Below are positions 22,119 to 35,500 of a DNA stretch of 64,000 bases, piece after piece; the first letter of the stretch is position 1, and every line of letters begins with the position of its first letter. The stretch comes from Folioceros fuciformis (lineage: Eukaryota): NCBI GenBank assembly GCA_049999805.1, contig JBNGIO010006239.1, positions 237,412-301,411 on the forward strand, in the 5' to 3' direction. A program made the translations under genes and the position numbers. The notes under the pieces are model-generated. The model was not told the origin of the DNA. It did not search any database and saw nothing but the letters and a program-made list of their open reading frames with translations.

Positions 22119-22866
22119 CGTCACATTGATCAGCAACATATGATTATGTATTAAGATTCCTCATCCAGCCACAAGACAAGAAATCTACTTCAGTTAAGCA
22201 TCAGAGAACAAATTGTCAAGTCAAGTCGTATACTTTAAGCTGCCCTGCGCATTTGCGTCCTGATGGCATAGCATCTGCCAGCAATCTAGGGTTTGATTGA
22301 TGCGGGTAGCTTGGGCTTGGAGGATGTCGATGCATGGCTTCTCCACAATATTAGGGTTTGGATGATCAGGGTAGCTTGTGAGAGTTCCTAGTTTATTAAG
22401 GATCCGCACTCCACGCGACCCGTGGGGCTCCTAGTTTGTGGAGGGTGCCCCCTCCTAGCAAAACCTGGCTGCAGCTAGAGGCATGTCCCCAAGCAGAAGC
22501 AGAGGCTGTCGTTCCATGTGCATGCCACCAACGTTCCCGCTCCCAAGTATTTGCTCCTTTTAAATAAGAAAGAGCCTGAGGAGCATCTCGTGGGATGTCT
22601 CCTCGAAGCTGGTCCGGTGCTGGACATCCGAACAGCCGACCGGTCATTCTCCAGCTTTGGTTCCGCGCACTGCCTTCAACAGCCAGTCCTCCTAATCGGA
22701 TTCAGAGCTTGGCAGGACATACCGCCACTGTCGTCATTTGGGACGATGCCAAGCCATCTGGCACTCGCGGAAGAGAAAAGCGAAGTGACAGCATCCGGTG
22801 CACTAACCCTGGTTTGACCGCACCACGAGGGTCTACCGTCTGATGGTAAGTTCGGCTCCTCTAACC

Positions 22867-24605
22867 ATGAGTAGAAGTAGCTCTCGGCGGGCCCCAATAA
22901 GCCGGTGCCCTTTCTCGTTCCCGAGAGCATCGACGATGTTCTGACAGACAGGCTCAGGAAGAAGGGCATTTCTCTCGCAACCATTTCGAGGAGGTTTGAT
23001 GACCAATCGATGAGGGTGTTGACTCAGAGTCACAATGAAGCTGCGGGAGAGTTCAAGAGATTGGTAGAGGAGTCTACTCCCGATACCATGTTCAGCTACC
23101 GTGTGGTTGATCCTGTGACGCCGTCGCCTCCGCTGTCTGATTTGATGCTAGTAGACTCCATGTTTCCGCGTATCCGTCCAGATCGACTTAGTGACCATCA
23201 AGGCCAGTGGGATGAAATTCTGCCCTCAAAACTGTATGGAGCATACGTTCGTGGCAGATTCTGCGCGGAGCCGTTCATGACAGGAGGAGTTCGCACGGTA
23301 GTCGTAAACAGATTATAAACAGATTCGTTTCGGAATTTTCGACGTCTACGAAGACTTCACGGAGGACTCAAGCGAAAACAAAGCAAAGCAAGCGTGCCAT
23401 CAATATATCGGACCTGTGGAGATCCGCAACACAGATCATTGTCGGGGTCTCTTTGCAACCAGAGATGTGAAGCCAGGGGAGCTGTTGGTTGTGAGGAAGG
23501 CTCTGGCAAAGGCGAAAGGGGCACCAAGGTATGGCCGTGCACGTGGGCCTGCCCTCTCACTATTATGGTCCTTCGAGTGCGCCACGCTACGAGGGAGACA
23601 CTTGGAATTGGTCCTCAGAAGACCAGGACGTGCTAGTACAAATGATACAGAAAGCACAGGAATCCGCACAGTACGCCAGGCAGCTAAGGAGCCTTCAGTC
23701 CTGCCCCGATTCCAAACCACCTGTACCTCTATTGTCCTTGTTCACTCAGGACTGGGATGAAGGCGAGGAGAATGAATTGTGGAGCATGACCGATCCCCAA
23801 TATAGAGAATCACACTTGAGTGGCATAAATGTGAGTGAGATCCGGGCTATGCAAAACGTGAACGGGTTTTACGATGCAGTATACGGATTGGCTTCCTTCT
23901 TCAACCACTCGTGCATTCCCAACTGCATGCACTACCCAGTGGCCGACCATCTTTTCGTCTCCTCGACTCGTCGGGTGAAAGCTGGAGAAGAGTTGCTCAT
24001 CGATTATTTCAGTCCCTTAACGAGCACCATATACCGCCAAGTCGAAGGCTCGACGCAGTTCTTATGCGACTGTCCGCGTTGTGAGTTTGAAGGGCTGGCT
24101 TTGGAAACCATCCCGGATTTGAATACTCTGGCCACAGTGTACCATGCACTCTTTGAAACCGGCCAAACGCCAAACAAAACTGATTACCCTACTTTCTGAC
24201 GGGCCGAAAATTGCTGCCGAACTGGACAGGATCCTGAGCAGCGATGACTGTAAGCATTTTACGCAACAGGAGTAAAACTGGATCAGATGCTCCTTTGCCA
24301 AGATTTATGTGTACCCGTGCATCAGTGGCATCATGCAAGGTGACCTGTCCACAATGGATGAGACGCTGACAATTTTAACTGACGTTGATCCATGTGGTCC
24401 AACCATATTAGCCCTCTTGGAATTGGGTCACATTGCAGAGGTGAAGGCCAACAGTGATAACGCCCTTCACTTTGCGCGACTTCTCCGGGAGAAATCGAAG
24501 AATTTATACTTGCCTATCAAGCAGGACAGCCATTACGAGGCAGTGTGTAATTGGGCCCAGATGTGTGCGACGTCATCCTTGGCCAAGCTTACCCACATTA
24601 CATAA
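22867..24605 (+). pseudogene. Decayed paralogue of the TPR-SET gene at 14348-16741
   Basis: Clear similarity to copy 1 (SIDDVL.DRL..KGIS.ATIS.RFD, FFNHSC.PN, CDCPRCEFE). Frameshifts, a CAA-to-TAA stop near 24273, and a deletion of roughly 690 bp near 23303 corresponding to copy 1 about 14792-15477 (TPR region). Confidence 0.9.
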
Positions 24606-26599
24606 AACTTGCAGAAACTTGATTCACGGTGCTGACCTTTCACATAATTGATACGTGTTTCAGGTGCATGAGATTGCTTTGTGTCATAGTACCTCTCACC
24701 GACATTCCTAGTTACATAGTCGGGCAGTTTTTGCTGTGAAGAGGCTGGAATAAAAGGCTGGGAGGAGTAGATACCATCCTGTAGAAATCCAATTTCATCA
24801 CGGTGACCTCCACTGACGTTGCCTTCTCGTACTTACGAGCTATTGCTGCTTCGGAAGTAGAGCTGGATGAACTTTTCCGTAAGATGAAAGTACAATGAAC
24901 CAACCGGGGTAAACCATAAAACATTCCTCTTAAGCAGAAGAAGGATCCAGGCATCATCTTGATGCAGTCAAAGGCAGAAGAAAGCGCGACTGCAAGGTCT
25001 GATATGCCGTTGGCTTTGGTTGCCACCAGCCTCATTTGGCAGTGTGCATATGCACTGACACCTGATTCAGATGTTAAGTACCTGCGTCCTCATTCACCAA
25101 GTTGAAAACGTAAATTTTGATCGGAGCGTCGATAATTGTGCCCTCTCAGACATGAGAACATGGAAAACCGAGTCCCGTTCCAGGCAATCTAGCCTCCTCA
25201 AGTTCTAGAAGTTCGGCCGACGGAAAGCTAAGCTGAGCTGAGCTTGTGGTCGATCTTGTACCTGGCGAAGCTAGCCAAGAGTACTCTCACCTCTCCATTT
25301 CGTTGCACAGTCAGTCACGGGTAGCATCCCCCGAAAGGTGGACTCTGCAGCAGCGGCCACCTTCTCCCCCTACCTTCGCTCCTGCAGAGTCGAACATCTT
25401 TGTCCGACAAAGACGCTGCTTCGGATTGATACAAAGCTAGTCACTTCCACTGCCATCACCATAAGCTGCTCTATTGACGTGAGAATTCGTTTGGCATGGC
25501 TGGGAGACGTGGCATTCTAGGGTTGTTAGGATGATGGCCAGCAGCTCCAAGTCTCTGCTAGTCTCTTGGCAATCAAACGGTCGAGGAATTCAAGGAGGGC
25601 AACCAGGGGGAGCTGGGAGTATTTGGTAACGCTGTGGTGCTCTTAGTATTTGCTTCCCTGCTGCTTGATCACAAGTTTCTCGGCACCGTGCATAGAGTCA
25701 CGGGTGAACAGATGCTCATATTGATAGTCAGCGATGGTCAGGATGGCCTACAAAGTCCTTGTGAGTAGCGACGGGATTGCGAGGACAGCAGGGACAGTCC
25801 TTTCCCGAGAAATTTGGTGCTTGTGCACACTACCATACAGTGGAAACCTACCACACAGTGTAAACCTATTTGTGGTAATCCAAATAAAGCAAGTTGTACA
25901 AGCCAATCAGCTGAGGGACCTTCCATCCTGATCTGCCTCGCTCTCGCGGGCTATCCTTCTCTTGCTTCCACCGTTCCATTTGGATTCTCGTCTCCTCTAC
26001 GTCTCATCCAAGTCGTGCGAGATGTTGGTTGCCTTCGCATGGGGTGTGGTACCTTGGGACAGAAACCGATCCTCCTTGTGAATCCCCGAGTGCAAGATCA
26101 GGATCCTACAATGACCAAACCAGGCAAGCGGAAGGAGTTCTGCCAAAGACGGACAAGCTCGGTAGATTTATTTGGTTCCTATTGAAGGGAATGAGTACGG
26201 AGACTCTAGCACTGGTGGTGGGGTCAAGAAAACGAGAGGCTGTGGGACGAGACAGCTAAAAAAAACTCGTTTCCCTTTCCCATTTCAGTGGCCTGACGAT
26301 GATCCCTGGAGGTGAGTGTTGCGTCAAGTCCTGGGCCTGGGCCACTCATGGAATTTGTTATGCTCGCTGCTGTTCTTAGGGCTGGCTGTCCATCCACTGG
26401 CCGACAAACTAACAGTAGTGACCTTTCACGCGGTTGCTGCCACCCATGAGAGTCGAGGGAGCCCAAGGGTTGCTGTCTGGAAGTTTTGAAGGCTGTTACC
26501 AGAATCTCCCCAGAAAATCGGAACAGTCGAGGCCCGAAATTTGAGGGCTCAGATCTGATCACCTTTTTCCCAGCAACCCTGCACATGTGTGCCCAGCAG

Positions 26600-27800
26600 A
26601 CCTTGTGCGTCGGTTGGTGTGACCAGTTAAGACTTGCATGATTGTGCTGTGTAGTTCTGGGTGTCCTACATTGTAACACTCCCGGCCATGGGCCTTTGGT
26701 TGGGTTCTCCTTTCCTAGTGCATAGTTCTTGTGGGAGAGATAATGGTTCTACAGGCAGTAACCTGCGGCACTTGGTCAAGTCTAGGGAGGAGAGTCTTGC
26801 GCAAAGATGTAGCAAGAATGTTAGCGGGAGCAGTAATTCTTGTGGAAACTTATGTAGCTCTCCTGTTGTCTTGAATTGATTTCTGCTGGTTGTAGTACAT
26901 GTTCAGAGGTGAGCATGATTGGATAAGCCGCTTTGGAATCCCAGCAGCAGGGAACGGGCCTAAGATGCACAAGTCTGGGGCCATTATCTACGGTCATCCT
27001 TTTAGTACATGGTCCTTGGCTGCTGTGGGCTAGACTCCTTTGGGATTTAGTCTAAGTGTGATGTTCTAACAGTGTGCAGCATACGTGTCTTGAAGAAGTT
27101 TTCTTGAAAAAACATCAAATGGAGCCAGGAGATAGCAGGTACGAGGAGGCGATCAGCAATTGTGGCTTCCAGGGTAAGTAACTGTGGAGAAATATCTACC
27201 CAAATGTTGTTGATGACCCGGCTAAAATCTCTGGGCGTATGCGTTGGTGGACCGGTGGTCATGTTTCCCACTCGCAGGTGGTGGTCGGTTCCGCCTTCTT
27301 GTTGTGAAATGCGTTAAATTAACAGCGGTACCAACCAGCTGGCTGGCTTGCTTGTTGTGTCACAACAATTTCACCCGCCAAGCTGCTGATGTCATCCTGA
27401 GTGGAGCTGCAATGGAGTGGCAGGCCCACGCAACGTGGTTGGCTCCCCTGGTACCTTAAGGAACAGTTGGCCCCTAGTGGCCAGCCGTGGGAGTAAAATA
27501 GTGTGGCAGGCGAGATCTCCGGGGAAAGGAATGTCTGAATCGGAAGGTGCCGAGGAATGCAAGGGAGGAAAGCATTTAGAGAAGGGCTTGTCCCGACCTG
27601 TCCTCGGTGGCCCAATGGGCGCAGGTGTCTGGCAGTACGGGAGGGCGGAGAAGTAGTAGAATATTGTAGCGGACGTGCTTGAGCAAAGGGAAGGCGCATA
27701 TTTGATCCGTGCAGTGCACCTCATGGTGGTGGTATCTCGCGCCAGGGCCCAGCGCATGAGGAGAAGTAATATGAAAGGCACAGCGTGGCGTAGATGCACT
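26600..27800 (-). mobile_element. Possible highly degenerate LINE ORF1 remnant
   Basis: Broken frames with fragments such as GWPLGAN..L.YQGSQP..GLPLH..DDISSLAGEI and RECYNVGH loosely resemble plant L1 ORF1 and a zinc knuckle. Weak evidence. Confidence 0.25.
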
Positions 27801-28225
27801 GCACTTGTCGGCTGCGCATCACAGATTCTTCATCGACTCTGCATCTCGGCCTGGGCAGTGGGGTTGCATCCCAGGCCCCAGGGCCACTCTCTGCCATCTT
27901 GCTTTTTGCTCTCCCGCCTGGGCCTGCCTGCAGCGCCCGCCTGCGCTGCGCTGCTCTGCAGTGCAGTGCACACTTTCCAGTTTGATTCCATCTCCACACT
28001 CTCTCACTGTACGCTAGCAGGTCAGGAACGAAGGGAATTGAAGTGAAAGACGGAAACCTAGTTCCCGGCAGGCCAGGCCGCAGGTCACTCCTAGCATCCG
28101 AGCGGCAGGAGGAGGCAGCAGGAGGCGGAGTCCGCCCGACCGACTTGCACCGGACTGGACTGGGGTCCTGGACTTTGGAGGACTTGGGCAGTAGTGATGG
28201 GTAGTCCAACGATCACCAGAAAGTC

Positions 28226-29803
28226 ATGCTAGCAGGAGTAGCAGCGCAATTGGCAAACCTGCAAGGATCCGGTCGTGTGGCAGCTGCTGGTGGTTTCCTT
28301 GTCCGCTTGGGGTCTCACACGTCGCCGCGCTCCTTGCTGCTTCAGCAGCAGGTGCGGCACCAGCGGCAGCTCCTCGGATTCTCAGGTACGTTCCCCACCG
28401 CTTCAGGCGGCACTGACACCTGCCTAGAGTGAAGCCGGGCACTGGGGGTGCCTCTGATTGTGTGCAGGATGTTGGTGAAGCCGATTCTGAATTGCCTCCA
28501 TGCTCGCTGCTGCGCCGATGCTCCTTTGGCAGGTGGGTCTAGCAACATGGATTCCGAGCAGAAGGGGGAGGAGGCGTGGCAGAGGGTAATCCGGACGATG
28601 GAGAAGGCGCTAGCCAGGCACGGGGTGGATATCGTGGCTCCTTTCTCGGTGGCCTGGTACAACTCCGTGGTGCCTCCAGCGTTGCGGCTGTCGTGGTTGG
28701 GCCGGACTCGTCCTCCGCTCGGGGTCATCGTGGGGAACACCAGGGCATTGTGGTCGCCGTTTCTGGAATCACTGCGGGCTGATCCTGATGTAAGTTTTGG
28801 TGCGGATTGCGAGCTGGAGGCTTGGAGTTTAGTACCAGTGATTTCCAAGATGAGGCTGAGGCTGACGGCGGTGCTGCTGGGTGGCGGAGTTGCAGGCCAG
28901 GCAGCAGGAGAACCCTCTCAACGCTTATGTCAAGCGGGCTCTGGATGAGTCGCTGTCCCCGTTCCATGTGCTGAACTCTCAGCTGAGTCGTGAAGCAGGA
29001 GGGGCATCGCATGACAGGCCGGCTGCTTTGGTTTACTGGGCCCACGAGACGGCCCCCGGCAAGTTGGTGGCAATGCAACGCCTGGCGCATGTGTCTGGTT
29101 TGCCCTGCAGTGCCTCCACCAGTCTCTTAGTCGCCTCCTGTGTTCCGCAAATCAATTTCCATCCCCGCGCTGCCCCACTGACCGGCTGACCCTTGTGTCG
29201 TAACCATAGCCAGCAATTGCATATTTCGACGAAGACTCGCATCTGTGCGTTCACCCCGAGTACGGACCTTGGTTTGCTCTGCGAGCTGTGGTGGTGTTGG
29301 ACTTGGACCCTCCTAAAAACGAGCCGAAGGTAAATCAAACCTCGCCACGCTATTTCTGCACTGCTGTGGAACCTTTGATTGCCTTGCCCCACTTCTCACA
29401 TGTGGTTACTCACTCGTCTTGGCAGCCTCTGGCCAACATGCTGGACGATGAGGCGCAGGCCCGAGTGAAGGCAGCCATGAGGCTGGCCATGGAGCAGCCC
29501 AGGGCAGCCCAGCACGACGACTGTGGAAGCCGCGCCAAGACCTGGCGATCCTTGCATCATGGTAATACTCCAAATCGATTTATCAATACCCTGTGAATGA
29601 TCCTAGCAGGGCAAGACCTAAGGGGGTTCTGTGCTTGCATGCTTGCTCTGTCAGAAGTGGCGCATTGGAAGCTGTGGCTCGCTGTCAGGGACGCCATCTC
29701 GCCTGACCACCCGTGGCGTTATTCCCAGGAGCAAATCGAGTACCACTATACTGGAAATAGACTCCTCCTGGACAATCTCGTCTCGGGACATTCATCCGGC
29801 TAA
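28226..29803 (+). CDS. MMACHC: MMACHC/CblC-like cobalamin-processing enzyme (cyanocobalamin reductase / alkylcobalamin dealkylase homologue), 6 exons
   Basis: Exons about 28226-28385, 28533-28789, 28896-29097, 29214-29329, 29426-29561, 29655-29803. Motifs GVDIVAPFSVAWYNSVVPPALRL, VGNTRALW, NPLNAYV, AMQRLAHVS, LCVHPEYGPWFALRAVVVL, RDAISP..RYSQEQIEYHY parallel human MMACHC as recalled (GFEVYPFQVAWYN, AQTAAHVAG, CIHPRFGGWFAIRGVV, YSEEQKAYF). A second in-frame ATG lies at 28547. The exon 3/4 junction is approximate. Confidence 0.85.
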
Positions 29804-30283
29804 CAGTGCCGAACACTGAATCCGTGCCAAATTGGCTTTTGTATAAGTTGCAAGATATGCAGCAGCAAGCCTCTTTGTTGACAGTGAAAGTGAAACAATT
29901 GACTTCAGATTGTTCTGCACTTTAACACCCCACAACGTCTGGGGCATTATCTACGATAAATATGCCTAGTCACAAGAGTGTGCAACAACTGTAAATTACA
30001 AAACATGCCCTCCTCCAAAACAAGACTACCCCATAGTTGTCATTTTTTCATTCCATCAAAAACATTGCTCTTCTTCATAATATCAAGGGTGAGACAATTT
30101 CCACCAAGAATGACAAGCGTACTGAACTATAAGAACAGAGTGCTATCTTGCGGCGAAGGACAAGTAAACACTAGACGGGACTTATTGTTCAGGCTTGCTA
30201 CATCTAACATTGGTACAGCCTCGTCAAGGAGGATCAATAGAGAAAATTTACACCGCAAAACACATGTTGACGGCTAACCAAGC

Positions 30284-32590
30284 TCATTCAGGATTCGAGA
30301 CTCTCGTTTTGATGGGCTTCAGCTTTATTCCTAGACTTTCAGGAGAAAGCAATTCAGGAGATACACAGGGAGGACTCAGGGGACTAGTGGGTGCGGAATG
30401 TGTTAATTGAATAGGCCTGTAGAAGGCGTAACCCATCAGGAAGTACTCGATGGGGATAAGCATCGAGTGGGGTTGCTCCTCTGTCACCAATGACCCGCAT
30501 GCTTGGACCTGCACAGGACACAACAGTCAAAACTTTAACAAAAGTCACATTCGGAGTTCCAATTTCCAGAAGCACACGAGCATAATTATATAAATACCTC
30601 AATCAGGGCATTGTATCGTCTATCCATCTCCATACTGATGTGAAGAGCCTCGCTGTGGAACGGTGAGTTCTCTCCAACAATTATTAGAGTCCGGCACTTC
30701 AACTTTCTGAGGTACTCACTCAGACCCTTCCGTCTGTGAAGTGAATTGTCCATCATTAGAGACTGCCGATCACGTTTCTACAAAAACCCCACCATTCGAA
30801 AGCACAATACTTACTGGTTAATTGCCTGCAAATACCGCACAACGCTCTTGGTGTTTCTGTTTTCCAAAACCTGTGCATATGAGCGGGGACAATGTAAGAC
30901 AGGTATCACAAGAACAAGTCTCGCCCCTCGGAAGCAGGAATCAGAAAGCAGACTGTACCCTATTGTAGAACTGCAGCAAATCTGATCCCTCGCCGAGCAT
31001 ACTGCGAATTTCCTGAAGTGAAGATGGCCATCGAAATTAAGTTAACGGAGAGACATGGTGCGTCTAGAACAGCACAGATGGAAAGAAACGAAGTCGACAG
31101 AGCACAACCTGAGAGAAATACCGCTGCAACAAAGTCTCTTTGACGAAACCACACATACCATAGAAGAACAGTACATTGGCCATAGCCTGTAAAATGATCA
31201 AAGGTCAATGATATTTCCGAATATGAAAGAAAACCGGTAGACCAAAAATCTGATGACAAACACAGGAAGGGAGCTGATCAGGACCTTATTGTAGAGCCAT
31301 TCGGTCCAACTAGGAGCATGACATAACGGCGATACAAGGATGAGTCCTTGAACTCGCTCTCTGTAATTGAGCTGCAACAAACCGATAGTTTCACATAAAC
31401 TGACTGTCACAAACTGCAATTCCAAGTGATCCACAACCGCAAATGATGCTGCTTCATGCTGGGAACCGAGGCTGTAATACCGCAAAAAGAGTCAATATGT
31501 AGGCCCCCGCAGTAGCACCCAGGCAAATAACCTCCCGCAGACTGTAAAAAGAAGAAACGATCAAGAGACTTGCCCACACGACCACAAGAGCCAGTGTACA
31601 CTGAGGATGAAGGGGCTGTTACCCAAAGTAGTCGAGAACTTCTGCAACCTGATCAGTCAAGTCATCAACTGATAGGGCAGGGTAATCGGACCCGGAGTTT
31701 TCAGCACCAGGCTGCATGAAACATAACAGCCAAGCTTTCAGAGTGCCAAAAATCGATGACACAACATCACAGACGATGAGGAGTCCTTGATCTCAGCATT
31801 GACTCTCACCTCATGGCCAGGAGGATCAATATGGTATATGCAAAAATTGTGTAAGAGAATATTAGACGCCTCAGGACATGACAACAGACCCTGAAAACAG
31901 GACACATCTGCAAGAAAAAGGCAAGGAAACAGTTGTCAGAACCGAAGGTCGTGCTAACGTTGAAAGCTAGGTGGCTGAGAGAGGTCCTGCAGAACTTACG
32001 GTTTAGGGCGACATCAGGGTAAGTGATCAGGGCAGGTTTCTCGTGATCGCCACAGACAAGCACGGAGATGGGACCATGAGAAGTCTGAATTCGATGCTCC
32101 TGATGATCATGGAGACAGGGAAACACACACATGAGACAGCACGGTCACACGCAAGCGGCGAGAAGAGATAAACCCCAAGACAGAGAGTCACAATTCCAAA
32201 GACCACTAGTGTGGAGGGCAGACACGACATGGCAAACCCTCCCTGCAGAGAACTGAACGACGAGTCCCCAACCATGACGAGCCCAACGACCCTTGGAACG
32301 ACAGAGAGGGCCGTGACGTTGAGCACCTGCTACTTCGCAGATGCAGCCCTCCGACTCAGAAGGTAAGAACAGGCAAAAGACCGCTGCACAGACTTCGGTG
32401 ACCAACAGACTCGCAGAGAAAGCGTATGCATCCTCCGAATATGCATCCAGCAAGGGGGAGGGAACAGGCATCCAGATTGCAGACACGACGACGAATTGAG
32501 GCAGCAAAGGTGAGGCAAATCCACCTGGCCTTCAAAAGAGACCGGCTCCAAGTCCTGAACCGAGATGGAGGTGTCGCTCCCGTCGTCCAT
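30284..32590 (-). CDS. NDL: NDRG/N-MYC downregulated-like alpha/beta-hydrolase-fold protein, multi-exon
   Basis: [146 protein letters not shown]. Confidence 0.94.
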
Positions 32591-35500
32591 GACTGCAGTT
32601 TTCCGTTGACAAAAAGTACGAAGACGCAAAGCAGAAGCGGCGCGCAGATAGGCCAGCATTGGCCGCCGTCAGGCGCAGCAGAAGCAGAGGTACGCCATGC
32701 TGGCTAGCCCGAACAACTTCCCTTTCCCTCCCCGTCCACCTCTCCTTCCCTTCCCTACTCCGAGCCTCCTGGACCAGCTCCGCAAACCGATTCCCGGAAC
32801 CTAGCCCGAGAATGACAGCATTTCGGACCGCATGCGCCGACTTCCCCGCAAATTCCAGCCTGCCTGCCCCGACGCAGTACTTCTGACAAGGAGAGAGAGC
32901 AGGCAAGCCGTGAGATTCAAAGTGTCACACTCCCGATCCGCGCCCCCCGGGGCCGTGGAGCTTGCAAGAACGCAGGAACAGGAACAGGTGCAGCAGCAGC
33001 GAGAGCGGCTCAGACAGGGGCTGACAAAGACGAGGCTCGCGGCAAGATTGAGGCGCGGTGAGGGTTGCAGGCGAGTGGCGCGCGGGCCAAGGCACAGAGC
33101 AATGCTAGCTGGCAGAGGAAAGGAAACGCGAGGCGAAGGAAAACGCAACGAGGGAGCTGGGGCTGGCGCAGCCTGGCTGGCGATGGCAGGCTCAGAGGAA
33201 TGGTAAGGCAATGGCAGCGCAAAATGGTGAGCGCAGAGGGCCAGGCAAAGAAAGGACGCCCGGAGCCAGGCGAACAGCAGGACCAAGGACCAGGCAACTT
33301 TCCTCTGTTTCCTGGCTGTGGGGCCGGCCCCACGCCCACTGTCCACGCTCACACCCGCGCTCTCCTCTTCCCAAAACACAAACACACACGCATACAAAAC
33401 AATAAGAGCTCGAGAAAAGCCCTGCCGCCGCCCGGCCTTATGCTCCCCTGTCCGCCCCTCTCCCGCTCTTGGATACCTCGGGAACCGCTAGCCCTGTCCT
33501 GCCTTCCTCCCGGGACACGCTGGCGGGTGAGAGGGCAGTTGGTGGAGCGTCGTGTGCCCCCCGCGGAAACCCGTCCGGTTACTACTCGGCCACGCGCCGG
33601 GTAAGTAGCCTTCCGGGGCCCCGAGCCCATACACATTACATACTGTATGGACACATAGACGCGGCATCTCCCGCAACGGCTCTGTCGGTAACACGTTACG
33701 GGAGCGACTTCAACACGGGCTCGGTCCGCGCCAGCCACGGCCACAGGTTAGAGGGCATCTGGTACCGGCAGCAGCCGGTGGCAACCCCGTCCACCCACGC
33801 GTCTCAGCCGGCCGTACGCAGGCGGGCGAGCGGGCCAGCGGGCGAGCGAGCTGTTGCTGTTGCTGTTGGATCTGTTGCTGGAGGTTGCGGATTTGATTAG
33901 CAAGATTGGTAGGCGGATGATGGTTTGAATCATGCCGGATGATGCGACCGCCGGGGGAGGTAGATGCGTTGATCGCCTTGTCTTGCATACTCGGGAAGGA
34001 TTATTTGTCATCGTAATCATAATCAGCCGGGTGAGTGGAGGATGGAGGAGCTCTGGAGCCATGGAAGCTGTCACCAGGTATGGTGACTATGGAAAGCATG
34101 GGGACGGTAGGAGTATGCAGATGCAAAGGCGTATGAGCGTCGAAGATGTGTGCTTTCATCCAGCTCCAGAGCGCGACGTCCTACCTCGCGTGCCGGCTGG
34201 ATGACTGTCGGTGTTTTGTTGCGAGGTGAGGTCAAGCATCTCCATCCAGGCCATCCTCCACAGGCACCGAGGTTGCTCCAGCTGCGGCCCGGACAAGAGA
34301 GCCAGCACGGCTCTACGGGCACGGCGGACGAGGCACGCGGTGTCACTGCGCTGCCGATGGAGCTGACTGGACTGTTAGGGAAGCCAAGACCAGGGGTCCA
34401 GGATTGCGAGGCTCGAGGGCATGGCGCGTGCCTGGCCTTTTTTGCTTTTTTCTCTCAAGCTCGGCTGTGAGGCATCATATGGAGTGTCCAAGCACGGAAA
34501 GCGCGGATTTCGCCACATCCATCAAGTGTCTTTGCTCTCGTTGTCGACTGACGAGACGATGCAAGGGTTTGCTGGTACTGGCAGTCCCTCGTAAGGTGTA
34601 CCAGGAAGGAGAAGGATGTCGTACTGGCGAGGACATCGACAGACAGCAAGCGACCTGGCCTGGCCCGGCTGTGTGGAGTGTGACGAGAGGCGTCATGCCA
34701 TGTGAGGCAGTTCATTGCGCTCCGCGCACAAGTGGCGTGTGTGCATGTTCCCCCTCTTTCACCTCTGCCTGACGGCCAGCCTGGTGGTGCCATTTCCCCA
34801 TGCCAGCGCCGGCCCTGATTAGTGTTTTACTGTTCCGCGTTTCATCGATTCCTTTCCACAGTGACAAAGGCTGTATACAGCATGCCGGCCCGGGCTTTGT
34901 GGCTTAATCTAGGTTTGAAAAATGGGGGTCCAGCCTTGCAATGCGCTCCGCACCTCGGGCGTGGGCTGGCTGCTTCAATGATTTGAGAGCAATTCGGCAA
35001 CCGGGAAGCATATGCTGCTACTAATTACGATGCTGTGCACTTCTGACAGGCTCTTCTGTCAGCCTTATGGCCCTAAATATTAACTCCCAGCTCGACGAGC
35101 GGAGTGAAGTGCGGTTCGGAGTAAACACCATGAGCCCTGGTTGTATGGCTCCGGGCCGGCCAACGGGCGGCTGCCACGACGAGAGATGTATTACGGGCAA
35201 GGCAGGGTCCAGGAAAAGCAGCGTCCAGAGCTCTCTGCTGCCAAATGTTTAATGCGCCGGATACCGTGTTGCTGACTCGCGCAGCAAGCGCCAGCGATGC
35301 CAGTTCGGTCGCCGGCGTCTCTCCAATCGGCAGCACGGCACAGCATGCCCGCCGGGGTCGGCTGACACCCCCGCAAATCGTTCTTCTGTCGCGAACGACA
35401 AGACCTGACCAGCGACTACACCTCGCCTACTTCGACATATGACCCCCGCTGCCTCGAGGCCGTGTCGAGTTACTTGTTCCAAAGGGAGGAGGAACATAGG

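Noticed and set aside
24712-26600. Scattered short ORFs that may be decayed coding sequence
   Set aside because: Many stops and no family motif I can support. A BLASTx search would be needed.
27392-27799. Minus-strand ORF with a signal-peptide-like start (MHLRHAVPFILLLLMRWALA)
   Set aside because: The remainder has no recognisable domain and overlaps probable TE-derived sequence.
32650-35500. Many overlapping ORFs, including a poly-Q frame at 33710-33988
   Set aside because: GC-rich leader or promoter DNA upstream of NDL yields long spurious ORFs. The poly-Q comes from a short ctgttg repeat, and no miRNA hairpin could be recognised.
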